A DNA stretch of 62,896 bases, counting the filler, from Octopus bimaculoides (taxonomy: Eukaryota), in NCBI RefSeq assembly GCF_001194135.2. It is 7 parts of 7 records of this genome, joined end to end, with 100 filler letters (N's around TTAATTAATTAA, not from the genome) between each part and the next. Parts side by side here need not be neighbours in the genome. Positions count along the whole stretch, not along the records: positions 43,771 to 49,628 come from NC_069003.1; positions 49,729 to 62,896 come from NC_068982.1; 5 more parts are not named here. The stretch is one strand, 5' to 3'. Below, piece by piece: positions 48,518 through 60,899 of the stretch (within the stretch, counting starts at the first letter, position 1; every line of letters starts with the position of its first letter). Made by a program: the position numbers and the translations under genes. Under the pieces are notes generated by a model. It was not told the DNA's origin. It made no database searches and was given only the letters and a program-made list of their open reading frames with translations.

Positions 48518-48835
48518 AGATCTGGTGGTTGGACAAGATTTCAAACAGAAATTGGGACAGAATGAACCAAACTCTCATCAACCAGGAAATTCTGAAAAGA
48601 GAATGGGGATGGATCAATCACACTCAAAGGAGACCTCCGAGCAGCATTGCCAGACATGTTAGACTGGCAGCCTGAAGAAAAGAGGAAAGTTGGAGAACCT
48701 AAAAAGATCTGGAAAGGATGCGTGGAGGATGAGGCAAAAAGCAATTGGTCTCTCTTGGTCTGAAATCAAAGAGGTAGTCCAAGATCACATCCACTGGCAG
48801 GAACTGATCATGGCCCTATGCTCCTAACAGAGTAA
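48518..48835 (+). mobile_element. RTE LINE 3' end
   Basis: IWWLDKISN..EILKREWGWINHTQRRPPSSIARH..DWQPEEKRKVGEPKKIWKGCVE..LSWSEIKEVVQD..WQELIMALCS. Confidence 0.8.
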
Positions 48836-49021
48836 TATGAACCAACTAACACTGCAACATAGCTTTACTACTCATCTAGTAAAGCTTTGATAAGGAGAGG
48901 ATTACAATGGCTTTCACTGGACAATTTAGGTAGCCAAGTTTGACCCTTACAGAGTCCCTATAAACTATTCAAGTATTCACTTGGGTTTTTAATCCCTTTG
49001 TCCTTTATTTTATATATTCTT

Positions 49022-49265
49022 CTTCATTTATTCTTTTACTCGTTTCAATCATTTGGCTGCAGCCATGCTGGAGCACTGTCTTAAAGGGTATTTTAGTTGA
49101 AGAAAATGATCCCAGGACTTATTCTTTGTAAGCCTGGTACATATTCTATCAGTTTTTTTTTTTTTTTTTGCCAAACCACAAAGTTACAGGGATGTAAACA
49201 CACTAATATCAGTTCTCAAGCAGTGATGGTAGGACAAACATAGACACAAAGACACATACACATAA

Positions 49266-49299
<34 letters not shown>

Positions 49300-49451
49300 A
49301 CACATCAGGCCTCTTTCAGTTTCCATCTACAAGGCTTTGGTTGGCCCAAGGTTATAGTAGAAGACACTTGCCCAAGTTGCCACACAGTGGGACTGAACTT
49401 GGAACCATGTGGTTGGGAGGCAAACTTCCTACCACACAGCCACACCTGCAC
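49022..49451 (-). mobile_element. SINE family A
   Basis: Reverse match to 44159-44580. Confidence 0.85.
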
Positions 49452-49672
49452 CTATATATATATATATATCTATTAATCTTCTATCTTCGCTCCTTTGCGC
49501 CACATGGGCTCAACTCCCCTCCACTCTTCATCTAACCCCCTCCTCCTGTCTCTCTCCCCCACCCTCCCTCCTACCACCCATCTCTCCCCTCCCCCACCTC
49601 CTGCTCCGACTCCTACTTCTTTGTACGTNNNNNNNNNNNNNNNNNNNNNNNNNNNNNNNNNNNNNNNNNNNN

Positions 49673-49684
49673 TTAATTAATTAA
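49673..49684. other. Artificial scaffold linker
   Basis: Same layout. Confidence 0.95.
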
Positions 49685-49740
49685 NNNNNNNNNNNNNNNN
49701 NNNNNNNNNNNNNNNNNNNNNNNNNNNNTATATATATATA

Positions 49741-49808
<68 letters not shown>

Positions 49809-49823
49809 ATATATATATGTACA

Positions 49824-49856
<33 letters not shown>

Positions 49857-49938
49857 ATAAGATCGTAATTTAAAATATCGATCATATCAAGTGGACAGCA
49901 TGAGAATAAAAACCTTAGACGTATTAATTAATATTAAA

Positions 49939-50077
49939 ATTATAATTAAGGGTATCTAAGAGATATCACCATGCTAGAGATAGCAGTCAAAGCTTAACCC
50001 TAAAACCACTTCATAGAGTCAAATTTTGACTGCTATCTCTAGCATGGCGGTATCTCTTAGATACCTTTAATTATAAT
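49939..50077. repeat. 53-bp inverted repeat with 33-nt spacer
   Basis: 49939-49991 vs 50025-50077, 3 mismatches. Confidence 0.9.
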
Positions 50078-52084
50078 ATATATTTATTTATTTATGTGTT
50101 TCAGCCAAGTGGATGCGGTCATGCTGGTGCACTATAATATATATTGTATATTATACGTATATATATATATATATATATCATGTATTTTCAATCCATGAAT
50201 CGGCTGACACGTTGTCCTTGAGCAAGACACTTCATTTCGCTGTAATGCAATCTACTCATCAGAAAATGAATACCTGCCTATCCTATGTGTAGCCGTTATA
50301 TCATTCATGTTACGGTATGTGAAAGGTGGAAGGGCCGAAATGATGTTTAGATCTCTTCGCGACTACATTGCGGTCATGACAGCAGGTACCATGATCAAAC
50401 TACTTGCTTTGGGTGCCTATGTAGCCGAGAGCAGACATTACGTACGTTCGTACATACATACGTAGGTGTGCATGTGAACACACACACATAAAATTGCACA
50501 CATACACACAAATGCGTTAATAAACTTTACCTAATGGTACCTACCGTTCAGTATCCATGCTGGTTTTGCATATGACCGGATAAGTACAAATCTCTGTGTG
50601 TGAATGATATGTATATATGTGTGTGTGTGTGTGCGTAAGTATATTACTGCGTTTACAAACAATTGGGTAGTTTGTCAAATGACAATGTTTTGTTGTGGAC
50701 GAGAACTTAAACACCTCTCGTGTGACTTCGTTGTACCTCTTTAAACCAATCGCAAATGGCTTTATTCGACCCGCTTTCTCCTTTATTTATTAACTTAAGC
50801 ATCTTTTGTCAATAGATGTGTTCATTAGTGGCCGATTAATGAAATGAATTACTCTTACACTACGAAAAACTATTTAGAGGAGCAGAAGGAAAGTTGTTTC
50901 AAGATTTTCTCAGGAGAATTAATATTTTTCTTTTTCAGTGTACATTTGGGCTATTTTTAGTGTGTGTATTAGCGACATAAATGAAATGAGACGGCTACAG
51001 TTTTATATTTGTTTAGATAAATAACAATTATAACAGCTCTAGAAACAGGGTCTCTTTAATATCGATCGATCTCAACTGTAGAAGTATGTCTGGGTTACCT
51101 GTTGAAAGAGCCAAAACAAGCAATTATCTCGAATGGAGAACAAATATTTTGGTCCGGTCACATTTGTATATACCGAAACTAGTTGCCGCAAAGCAATATA
51201 TGAATTCACCCTGAAATGAAAACAAGAAATAACGGAGCCAAAGAGGGAGTTTTTACGTGGTCGCTCGGCCTGCTAGAAACAGCAGCCTAATATTTTCAGC
51301 TCACATACCATCACCTTAAATTAGAAAGACACATTATGGAGTTCTAGATATACAAAAAGGGAGTATAGTTAAAGTTGGAAGGTCTTAAACTATAGGCTAA
51401 TCTGAGTTAAGACAACAAATACGATCCAACGAGTGACTTATGTGATAGTTCGAGTAGCCAAATCCCATTCTAACACGTTAAAACGCGAGAATATATAATC
51501 ATAGATACAAAAACAGAGGATCACATTTGCTGGGACGTTTTTGATTATAGCTCTAATCAGTAACGACCTAGCAGATTTGTTGGGGACAGATGGGTGTAGA
51601 ATACTATATTTTTATGTGTCTCAAAATGAATAACAGAGAGAAAAAGAGGTATCCTTCCGAAATAGGAAATTGTTAATAATCCTAGATATATATATAAAAA
51701 AAATTAATAGGACCAGAAAAATAAAAGATTGCATAGTGATGTGTGGAATGTCTTCGATCAATATGTCTACTGGATCAGAGTTAACCTGAAGACAAACCAC
51801 AATAACTAACAATAGACTCATTCTAATCACTGGATTAACTAGAAATAGCAGCCAAAAACATTACTGAAACACATTTGATCACAGAGACTTAGATTAGAGC
51901 TGACCAAAGTTTAAGACAGATACAGTGCAATGATCTAATAAATCCAAGTTTCATGCAATGTTTCTCTCCTCGAAATAAAATCTGCATGTGGAGATTTCGC
52001 GGAGAGGAATTATCGTTACCCGAGATGAGTCTGTCAATAGCTATTGTTATTTAGCCTCAGGTTTGCACTGATCCAGCGGTTGTA

Positions 52085-52275
52085 ATAATGATTTCAAATT
52101 TTGGCACAAGGCCAGCAAATTCGGGGGAAAAGTAAGTTGATTACATCCAGCTCAGGAATCATTACTTATTTTATCGACTCCGACCTCGGCGAAATTTGAC
52201 CTCAGTAGTAAAGATGGATGAAATGCTGCTAAGCATTTGCCCGGTGTGCTAACGATTCTAACAGCTCGCTACCTT
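52085..52275 (-). mobile_element. SINE family B
   Basis: gacctcggcgaaatttgacctcag...gctaagcatttgcccggtgtgctaacgattct. Confidence 0.8.
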
Positions 52276-53169
52276 ACTGCAGGTTTATAATAATAATGAA
52301 TATCCCTTTATTATTTTGCGTGATCATCCAATTTCAGCCTATCGTATTACATTGAACTATATCTGTTGCGTCCCAATTAAAATAATGTTTGTTTCGCAAT
52401 ATTTGTATGGATCATTAAACAACGAAATTTATGTAATGACGAGGAATGTATCTGCTGTTTCTAGCAGTAATATACACACACGTATCTGTTGCAAGCAGTT
52501 GTTTAGCACCAGATCGTCTCTATCCCAACAGACGTGTAATGAAAGGCATTCGACTTATAACCATCCCATCTTCATTTTTTAGGGAGCGTACTCTTGGACT
52601 ACAACGGGGATGGCAATCTTTTTCGAGCAGTGGGCCGCTTGAAAAGGGGTTCATCATAAGGCGGGACGAGAAAAAAAGATTAAGGTAATTCTTTGTTGGA
52701 AGTACCTCAGCTACAGAAGACCATACGCGTAAACATCTGTCTTAGAAATAGTGGAGAAAGTCGATGTTTTCCTTTTCGGAGAAAATTTTCTTTTACAATT
52801 AAAAAAGTGAAGACTTGGTATAATATTATCAGTGTTTGCAGTGTGATTGACACGTTGCTGCCGCCATACATTCCAAAATAATTAAAAGACAAAAAGGGCA
52901 ATCTTTCGGTATTAGTAGATGACTTCTTTCACCCACATAACGTTCCCTCATAACATAGACAAAGAGGATAGAGGTTGAATGACGTCTAATACCGAAAGAT
53001 TGCTGTCAAAAAGACGAATACTTGAAAAATCCGTATTTGAAATATCTATATGATGCCTGTTTTGAAAAAATTGAATACTTTCATACTCTGTGTATCCAAA
53101 TAGAAAACTTTTTTTTCTTAAAAGTCCCAGAGGCACATTTAACAATCTAATCATTAAATGGCATAACTA

Positions 53170-53822
53170 CAGGGTTTTACCCCCCAGACTTTGAGAGGTC
53201 ATAATTTTCAGAAAAATGAATATTTTTTAATGAAATTTTCTATGCATATAGTATTTACTATGTAGAATCCGAATATACAAAAATTTCCGGTGAAAGTGTT
53301 TTGGAATGGGGGTGGGGGACAATTTTCGGAAATTCCAACAGAGTCCACTTAAATTCTTCTTAACTTCCAGGAAAATTAATATTTGTGTAATTTTCTACAA
53401 ATATACCTTGATGTATGTACATTTCGAGCATGTAGGAATTTTGAAGGAAACAACTGCAGGTTATTTTTGAGAAGTGTTCCCCACTCGGTGCTCCGAAACA
53501 CCACCGAGTGGGGAACACTTCTCAAAAATAACCTGCAGTTGTTTCCTTCAAAATTCCTACATGCTCGAAATGTACATACATCAAGGTATATTTGTAGAAA
53601 ATTACACAAATATTAATTTTCCTGGAAGTTAAGAAGAATTTAAGTGGACTCTGTTGGAATTTCCGAAAATTGTCCCCCACCCCCATTCCAAAACACTTTC
53701 ACCGGAAATTTTTGTATATTCGGATTCTACATAGTAAATACTATATGCATAGAAAATTTCATTAAAAAATATTCATTTTTCTGAAAATTATGACCTCTCA
53801 AAGTCTGGGGGGTGAAACCCTG
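53170..53822. mobile_element. 653-bp foldback (palindromic) Tc1/mariner-type MITE
   Basis: Arms 53170-53490 and 53502-53822 (321 bp; only one mismatch seen, near the tip), 11-nt spacer, CAGGG termini, TA on both flanks. Confidence 0.9.
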
Positions 53823-54289
53823 TATAGATCACATTTAAATTGAAAGATAATGTTAATTAAAAAATATACATAAAAATAGTACGATTTGTTTCAAATTAAT
53901 TCATTTGACAGTACGAAATTTTTTAAAGAAAACGTTTCTTTTCCAGAGAAAAAAACATTTCCCCGTTTCTAAAGCAAAAAAAAATGCTTACAATTATGAT
54001 CTTCCTTAGTGAAAATTGTCAATGGTTTAAAATGCTGAAAACGTTATCTTCAACGATAGGTTATAAAATACAGGAAAGGGGTGTAACCTGATTCAAGGGA
54101 AGCAACTCCCACCTCACTCCCAAATTAAAAAACATGAAATAACAAGTTGAAAGAAGCAAAGACCGAAATGCTGTGGGAAAAAATTGAGCAACAGGCAAGG
54201 AAAACAGTTTGACATACGATGATTAAAACACAGACAATAATTATTGTATTTATTATTTATTTGTTACTTATCTATTATTGATGCAACGC

Positions 54290-54790
54290 AACCATAAATA
54301 ATTTACAAATTTTACTGACAAAACTTGCTGTTGTTTTTACAACTTTTCCAGTATTTACAGATATTTGTAAGGCTTCAACTCGTAAATTGTCTTTGGGAAA
54401 AATATCTGTTAATCTTGACCTACTTTTTGACTTAGTTTATTTTCATTCTAGAAAATAGTTGTTTGCATTTGTACGTACTACCAAACATGGTAGCAAATCT
54501 GGCACACTTTTTGGATAGTTTTCTTTAGGAAGATTTGCATAAAATGACAACAAACGTTCGTCTTCAAATTTTTGCCGAAGAAGTTCATCACTCAATTATT
54601 TCCATTTGCCTTTTTTTTTTTTTTCATTACTACTTTTCTACATCAGAATTAAATGGATTTCCAAAATAGTTGGCTGGTGCGGAGAAACGAGAAATGTCTC
54701 CGGTCTTCTTTTGATACACTCGAATTTAAATTTTTGTTTCTAAAGCTTTGGTTTGAGAATACATCTCGGGAATCAACTGAATTTACTTTT
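54290..54790 (-). mobile_element. hAT transposase C-terminal remnant (SPIN/Charlie/GTF2IRD2-like)
   Basis: FGNPFNSDVE, QMEII..DELLRQKFEDERLLSFYANLPKENYP, FATMFGSTYKCKQLFSRMK..KSRSRLTD (hAT dimerisation motif). Confidence 0.85.
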
Positions 54791-54821
54791 ACAATTATAA
54801 AATGAAATAATTTAAATAGGG

Positions 54822-55221
54822 GGACCTTTATGATTTGACGGGCAACATTTTTTTATGTAGTGTTTTTGGTACCGAAACACTTTCAAACTTCGTATACTTG
54901 TATATTTTGTGTAATTTATTATATAAACAATATATGCGTATAAATTACGATTAAACCGGATGAAATATGTCACAGGGAATAACACACTTAACACCGGCTG
55001 TTTACAAAAGAGCACTGACTGTATTCAGCTGAATAGACGTCAGTGATTGGTTGTAATTACAGAAATACGACAACTTTAACATGAAATAACTTGCGATGTA
55101 CAATTTTTTGTTAAGAAGGCTAAAAGAAAAAGTTGTTTTTTATGACACATTCTACCAGTGTCCCAAGTTTGAAAGTGTTTCGTTAAGAAAACAAGTGTTG
55201 GCCGTCAAATCACAAAGATCC
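54822..55221. mobile_element. 400-bp MITE with GG-starting TIRs and 8-bp TSD
   Basis: 26-bp TIRs with 3 mismatches, perfect 18-bp subterminal inverted repeat (54873-54890 / 55165-55182), AAATAGGG duplicated at 54814-54821 and 55222-55229. Confidence 0.9.
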
Positions 55222-57422
55222 AAATAGGGAGTGATATCTACAGGAAATGTAAGGTCTCAAATCCATTTATCGTCTTTCAGTTCAAGAACAGATTGCCAGT
55301 TGAACCGAATCAGATATAGCTGTGCTTTCTTAAATAGCCAGTGCAAAAGAATCGGATTTCTCTGACAGCACACCCTCGATACCTGCTACAGTTGCCTCAG
55401 CTCATCTTGTGACTGTTCTAAGACACAAGTTAATCTTGTCAAACATAATTAACTTTCCTGGGCATAAATGTTCAGGCACTGCTAAAAGACATTCTTTTAC
55501 AAATACTTAGTGAACATAATTCTTTTAATGTTTAGCAGCATCTTTGCTAACAAAGTACATTGCACTTATATTTTCTTTGAGTTCTGTCTGCCTTTTAGAA
55601 GAGTGTTTCTATTTTTTTACATTTTAATATCTCTTAAATTTCTCGTATGCAAAATGTTTTGAAGCATAATATTGCTTAACATTAAGTTCTTTAAACTGAC
55701 CACATCCCACCCATTTTATGTCCAAACTGACCACATCCAGTTTCTCATACCTTCAAAAACTCAAAGCTATGAAATGATACATGATTAATTCGAAACAGTA
55801 TCAATATATAAGTTTAGGGGTTAAAGTAGCATGGCTCTGGCCCTGGTAACATAATTTTCTGGTTCCAAATGAGCCAGGTATAACAGCAAAAAGGAATACG
55901 AGTACAACAGTTGCAATTTATGGCCACACTTTATTCAAACAGATAATGGAAAGTACAGCAAAAGTTGGTACAACATGAATGCTGCCGTCAGAAAATATAC
56001 ATAATGGTTTCTCATGCAGTTGAATCTTGATGACGTGCTGGACAGAATACAACGTGTCAAAGCTCTCCACCTCTCCATTCCAAGATCTGAACTCAATTGC
56101 ACTTCCTACCTCACTGAAGAATAACAGGAAAGATTCCTCTTTTTAAAGTTGATGGTGGGCTCCAGTGGACAAACATAATTTTGCCTGTGCTAGGCTGGTC
56201 TGGCACATATTAGGATGATAGCGTGTGTAAAGCCAGAAAGACTCAACCATCACGTGGCCACTTGTAGAAAACATGCATGAGCCGATATTTGGGTATTTAA
56301 GCTTAATCAGCTGAATAATAATCGTACTTCTGCTACATAAGCATTGTATTTGACTGAGTAACCTGAATGTTAAAGGGTTAAAAGTGGAAATAGATTCATA
56401 ACCAATAAGCTAAGCAAGATCTTACTTCTTGGTGGAGTTAATGTTGGCCTCATTTTAGTGTTGGAAATCTCTTTACTTGAAGACAGGTTGGAGAGTCTTC
56501 TGCTGACCTTACTCCACTAGATTCCTAAACATCATAGTGAAATGACAGGAAACTATTTTAAAGTATGTTAGCCTCTCATTGGGCTTCCTAAAACCTGGTC
56601 GATCAAGGCCTCTACCATGATTTTTAAGAAATGTGATGGAAAACTAGTTACTCTCTGAAACCTTTTTCAGAGCCCCCTACCTACTTTGTGTCAATAAATT
56701 TATTTTAACTCCAATTTGCCTGCCATTGATGTTATTTTTTATTGCCATGGTTACTTTGGGAGTTAAAACTAGATTGACAAAATGTTGTTCACTGTTGATT
56801 ATAATTATTTAGTAGTATTGTGAGAATTTTTGAAATTGGAAAAATATACAAAATCTTTGTTTTCACAAAATTGTAAAAAAAGAAATTTTATAGCCACACC
56901 CTAATTGAACAGAAATGTTACCACCATTATCCAGACAATGTCAACAAAATAGTTATTACAAAATAATTAACTGCCTAGGCAAAATAATAACAAAATAATT
57001 AACCTGCAGAAACAATTGATTAAACTATTATAACTTATGGAGCTCTAAGTTTCTGTGTCTTCCCAGTGTCGCAGCAATAATAATAATAATAAAAATAACA
57101 ATAATAAGAGATAAAAAGAAATGCAACTTTAAAATACCTAATAAATGTCCCTTGAATGGTTATTGCTTGAGGTATATAAATAGTATATAAATGCACTACA
57201 TTATAGACGACAGAATATTACTAAAATTCACATAAGTTCTTCTGTAGACTTTAAGAGACAAGTATTTTCCACGTTAATACATATACACCTGCGAAATGCA
57301 AAACTTCCTCATTATTAGTTAATCATAAACTCTATTTTAAGGACAACATCATCCCTTATAATTATTATTTGGTAAATAATTAAAACAAGAAAGCAGTTTC
57401 AAGGTGCAATCTCCACAGCAAA

Positions 57423-57476
57423 AGAATTTTAAGAGGTTTTATAATAGTTATCTATTATAAAACCTCTTAAAATTCT
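57423..57476. repeat. Perfect 25-bp inverted repeat, 4-nt loop
   Basis: agaattttaagaggttttataatag-ttat-ctattataaaacctcttaaaattct. Confidence 0.95.
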
Positions 57477-59544
57477 AAAGGTAAAATGCTAAAGGTAAAG
57501 TCTTAGAATTGGAAGGCCTGAGGCGATGATGTCAGAAGGTGATAGATACCTTTATCGGCTCCCAAGACAGTGAGACAACCCAGAACCATGTAGTTGAGAA
57601 GTCAAGCTTCTTGCCACACCTGTTGACTGTGTGTATGCTTATATGTATAAACAGATGAGCTCCAGAGATTCTTAGTATAGAAAAAACTTAGTAGTGCTCA
57701 AATGATTCGAACTTAGACTCTGATGTCTTTGAGGGACCACTTCTGCAGGGTTAAAGAGTGGCTATCAAGGTGAGCAGATATGGAGGCAGTTATGTAGATA
57801 AACAAATTAAATATAACAGCTTGGCTTTGATATACAAAATATATATGTTTACATGCAAACAGAAAGAAGGCAGAGACTGAAGATTTTCAGATGATGAATA
57901 TTTAATTTGTTTATGCGCATAATTGCCTATATATATTTAGGCAATTACGCTTACTGTACTTCTTAAAAGAGTGAACAGGATTGTAATATCTCCATTTAAA
58001 TTGTGAAGCAGTGGCTCATATGTCGTGGAAGGTATTATTGTCAGTGGTAACAGTACCCCTATATATTCTTCCTAAGGCACTGATTGTCTGAAGGACACAT
58101 AGAAGGTGTTTGACAGTTACAAAGCCATGTGGGATTTTGAATAGGTGGGGTTTTATGTGTCCCCAGTTCTGCCGAATTTCTGGAATGAGATACCAAGTTA
58201 TTCACTACATGCTGTCCATGAGAGTCACTAGTGTGCTGGGTCTGAATCTGCCTTACAGTTCAATATCTTTATAACTTTCCCATACTATTCCATATTCCAT
58301 ACTTTCAGCTATTGTCAGTTAATGTTTCTTGCATACATATCAAATACCAGTATCCAATTACATCACTGATATTATACTTCACTTTTTGCTGACCCTAATT
58401 AGTTTAATCTATGCTAATTCTTCTCACTTCTTCTATAACTGTTTACATGGACTATTGTTTCCCCAACCATTCCTTTTTCATTTTATTCCACTTTTTGGAC
58501 AATATATTTTTATAATTTTTTATATTTCCCAAGTTTCTTTATAATTTTTTAATTTTCAAATGTAATACATTATATATTTAACCCTAATCCCTTTTTACCT
58601 TCACACCTTATCTACTACTCCACTTATAAAGATTTAGCAATGTATTGCATATCATATTTTATTTTATTTTTGCTGGTGCTAGACTCTTAATTTAATTTTT
58701 TTATTTTTCATTGTAATACATTATATATTGACCTTAATCACTTTTACCCTCATTCTCCTTCATAGGGCTGTTATATATGTATCACTAGCTAAGTATTAAT
58801 TTTCAATCTACACATCTTATATATTTATTCTTAGTTTCTATATTTGGTTTCTCGGTGTTTTCTCTTTTTTATATATATATATATCTTCAATTCACCTAAG
58901 CCATATTCATTCAAATCTAACAAAGTTTATGAATTTATTGACTACTTTTCTATTAAACTCTAAATTTTTAGTTTGCTTTAACTCTTTAATGGCACACCCA
59001 CCCCTATCAGGTTTCTCCCTCTTTTTGATTTTTTGCACACTCTCAGGTCACAGAATAGGTCTACTAGCAAGTAGGTAATTTATACAATCCTACTACAAAT
59101 CACGCTACTCCTCCACCACACACATCACAAGTATCCTCATTATTATTTTTATTCCAGTGCAAGCAGAGTGGGTAGAGAAACAATTGTATCGAATCATTAA
59201 AGATGTGTTAAAGAATTTCTCTGTCTTATTATTTGGATTAGATATATAAATATATATTTGTGCCATACATGAAACTTTTGGCCCTTAGTTACTCTGTAAC
59301 TTCTATAAACTAAAAACAATATATATACAGGAATTATGTAATCAACTTCATTAGCGAGGCTAGTGACCTATCAACAGATTTATGACTTAACTACATCTTT
59401 TTTATCTGCATAAGGCTATCACATTAAAAGTAGAAAACATTTTGTTCTCTTCACATAGTATTTTATGTGTCCATCAATCATACTAGCAAATTTACCCATC
59501 TACGATGGAGGCATAGGATGAGGGAGAGAAGTTATAACAGCAGT

Positions 59545-59915
59545 ATACTCTTTTACTTGTTTCAGTCATGTGACTGTGGCCATGCTGGAGCACCGCCTTT
59601 AGTCAAGCAAATCAACCCCAGGACTTATTCTTTGTAAGCCTAGTACTTATTCTATCGGACTCTTTTTGCCGAACCGCTAAGTTACGGGGTCGTAAACATA
59701 CCAGCAAGTGATGTTGGGGAGACAAACATATACACACACATACATATATATATACGACAGGCTTCTTTCAGTTTCCGTCTACCAAATCCACTTGCAAGGC
59801 ATTGGTCGGCCCGAGGCTATAGGAGAAGACACTTGCCCAAGGTGCCACACAGTGGGACTGAACCCAGAACCATGTGATTCATAAGCAAGCTACTTACCAC
59901 ACAGCCACTCCTACG
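59545..59915 (-). mobile_element. SINE family A
   Basis: Reverse match to 44159-44580. Confidence 0.9.
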
Positions 59916-59949
59916 TCTAGTATGTATTGAAAAATGTGTAAGTGGAGTT

Positions 59950-60345
59950 TAATATCAATATGATTACAATATTCCTTTGTTGCCAATATTTTGTGTGTGA
60001 TCAACAGTAATTTTCAAATTACTGAAGTCCACTCATAGCAATGTATAACTGGCCATGTATAAACATTAAAGTAGGTAAAAATACACTTTCATGACATAAA
60101 TTCTGGCTGTGCCTTGTTTGTTGTGAATTGGAATGCCAGTTTTATAGGAAACTACCTATGTCTTAATTGGAACAGAAACTGGTTATCGGTTGGTATAAGT
60201 AGTATCCATAGAATGAACGGGGCGGGTGGGAGTCGCAATCACTGCTTCAATAACATTGGAATTTAGTTCTGTTACTGTGTATCTTGTTCCTTTGCAGTGG
60301 ATTGAAATTCCTAAGGAGCATAATCAGACAGCGAATTTGTAGCCA
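59950..60345 (-). mobile_element. Helitron PIF1-type helicase C-terminal remnant
   Basis: IMLLRNFNP..GTRYTVTELNSNVIEAVIA..FPIKLAFQFTTNKAQ..HGQLYIAMS. Confidence 0.85.
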
Positions 60346-60399
60346 GTACAGCTGCAAAGATTTCTGACACTCTGTAAAAGGTGTGTTCTTGATGAATCT

Positions 60400-60880
60400 C
60401 TCCTTCAAGCAATCAATTCAATGCATCCAACTTATGATCCACTGCAGTTCCCATCACTATTTCCATTTGATGAAAAGGTATGGAGAGTAAACTTAACTTT
60501 TGATGTTGGAGGTAAACCTCATAAAATGTCATGGAGTTCATTATAATGTAGAGATATGTACATCTGTAAAATCAGTTAAATATATTAGCAAATATATTTA
60601 TAAAGGTCATGATCAGATGACAGTTAATATTAGTGGACAAACCAATGCACAACAAACAGAAACCCATAAAGATGAAATTGAAAATTATATTAATGTCCAC
60701 GTTGTATCTTCATCAGAGGCAGTCAGTGGGATTTTGGGTTTCAAATTACATGGTTCATATCTTCCATTCAAACAGCTTACAGTTCATTTACCTCAGCCTC
60801 AATACATTTATTTTATTGATGATGATCATGATATTCAACATGTTATCCACACTCATGAGAAGTCCACCCTCACTGAATAG
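60400..60880 (+). mobile_element. Helitron Rep-region remnant, internally deleted
   Basis: HPTYDPLQFPSLFP, HYNVEICTSVKSVKYISKYIYKGHD, DEIENYI..VSSSEAV..ILGFKLH..QLTVHLP. Confidence 0.9.
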
Positions 60881-60899
60881 ATGTGAATTAACCAGAAAT

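Noticed and set aside
51621-51830. Hydrophobic ORF with an acceptor-like site
   Set aside because: Overlaps a dispersed repeat also seen at about 24300 and 39300.
52583-52685. + strand AG...GT exon-like segment (ERTLGLQRGW...)
   Set aside because: Coincides with a hAT-like terminal sequence; no homology.
56425-56520. Possible upstream HS1BP3 exon with GTAAGA donor
   Set aside because: Open frame ends in phase 1, but the next exon needs phase 2; no similarity to HS1BP3.
59159-59250. + strand exon-like segment (QAEWVEKQLYRIIKDVLKN...)
   Set aside because: Short, ends in a stop, no homolog or partner recognised.
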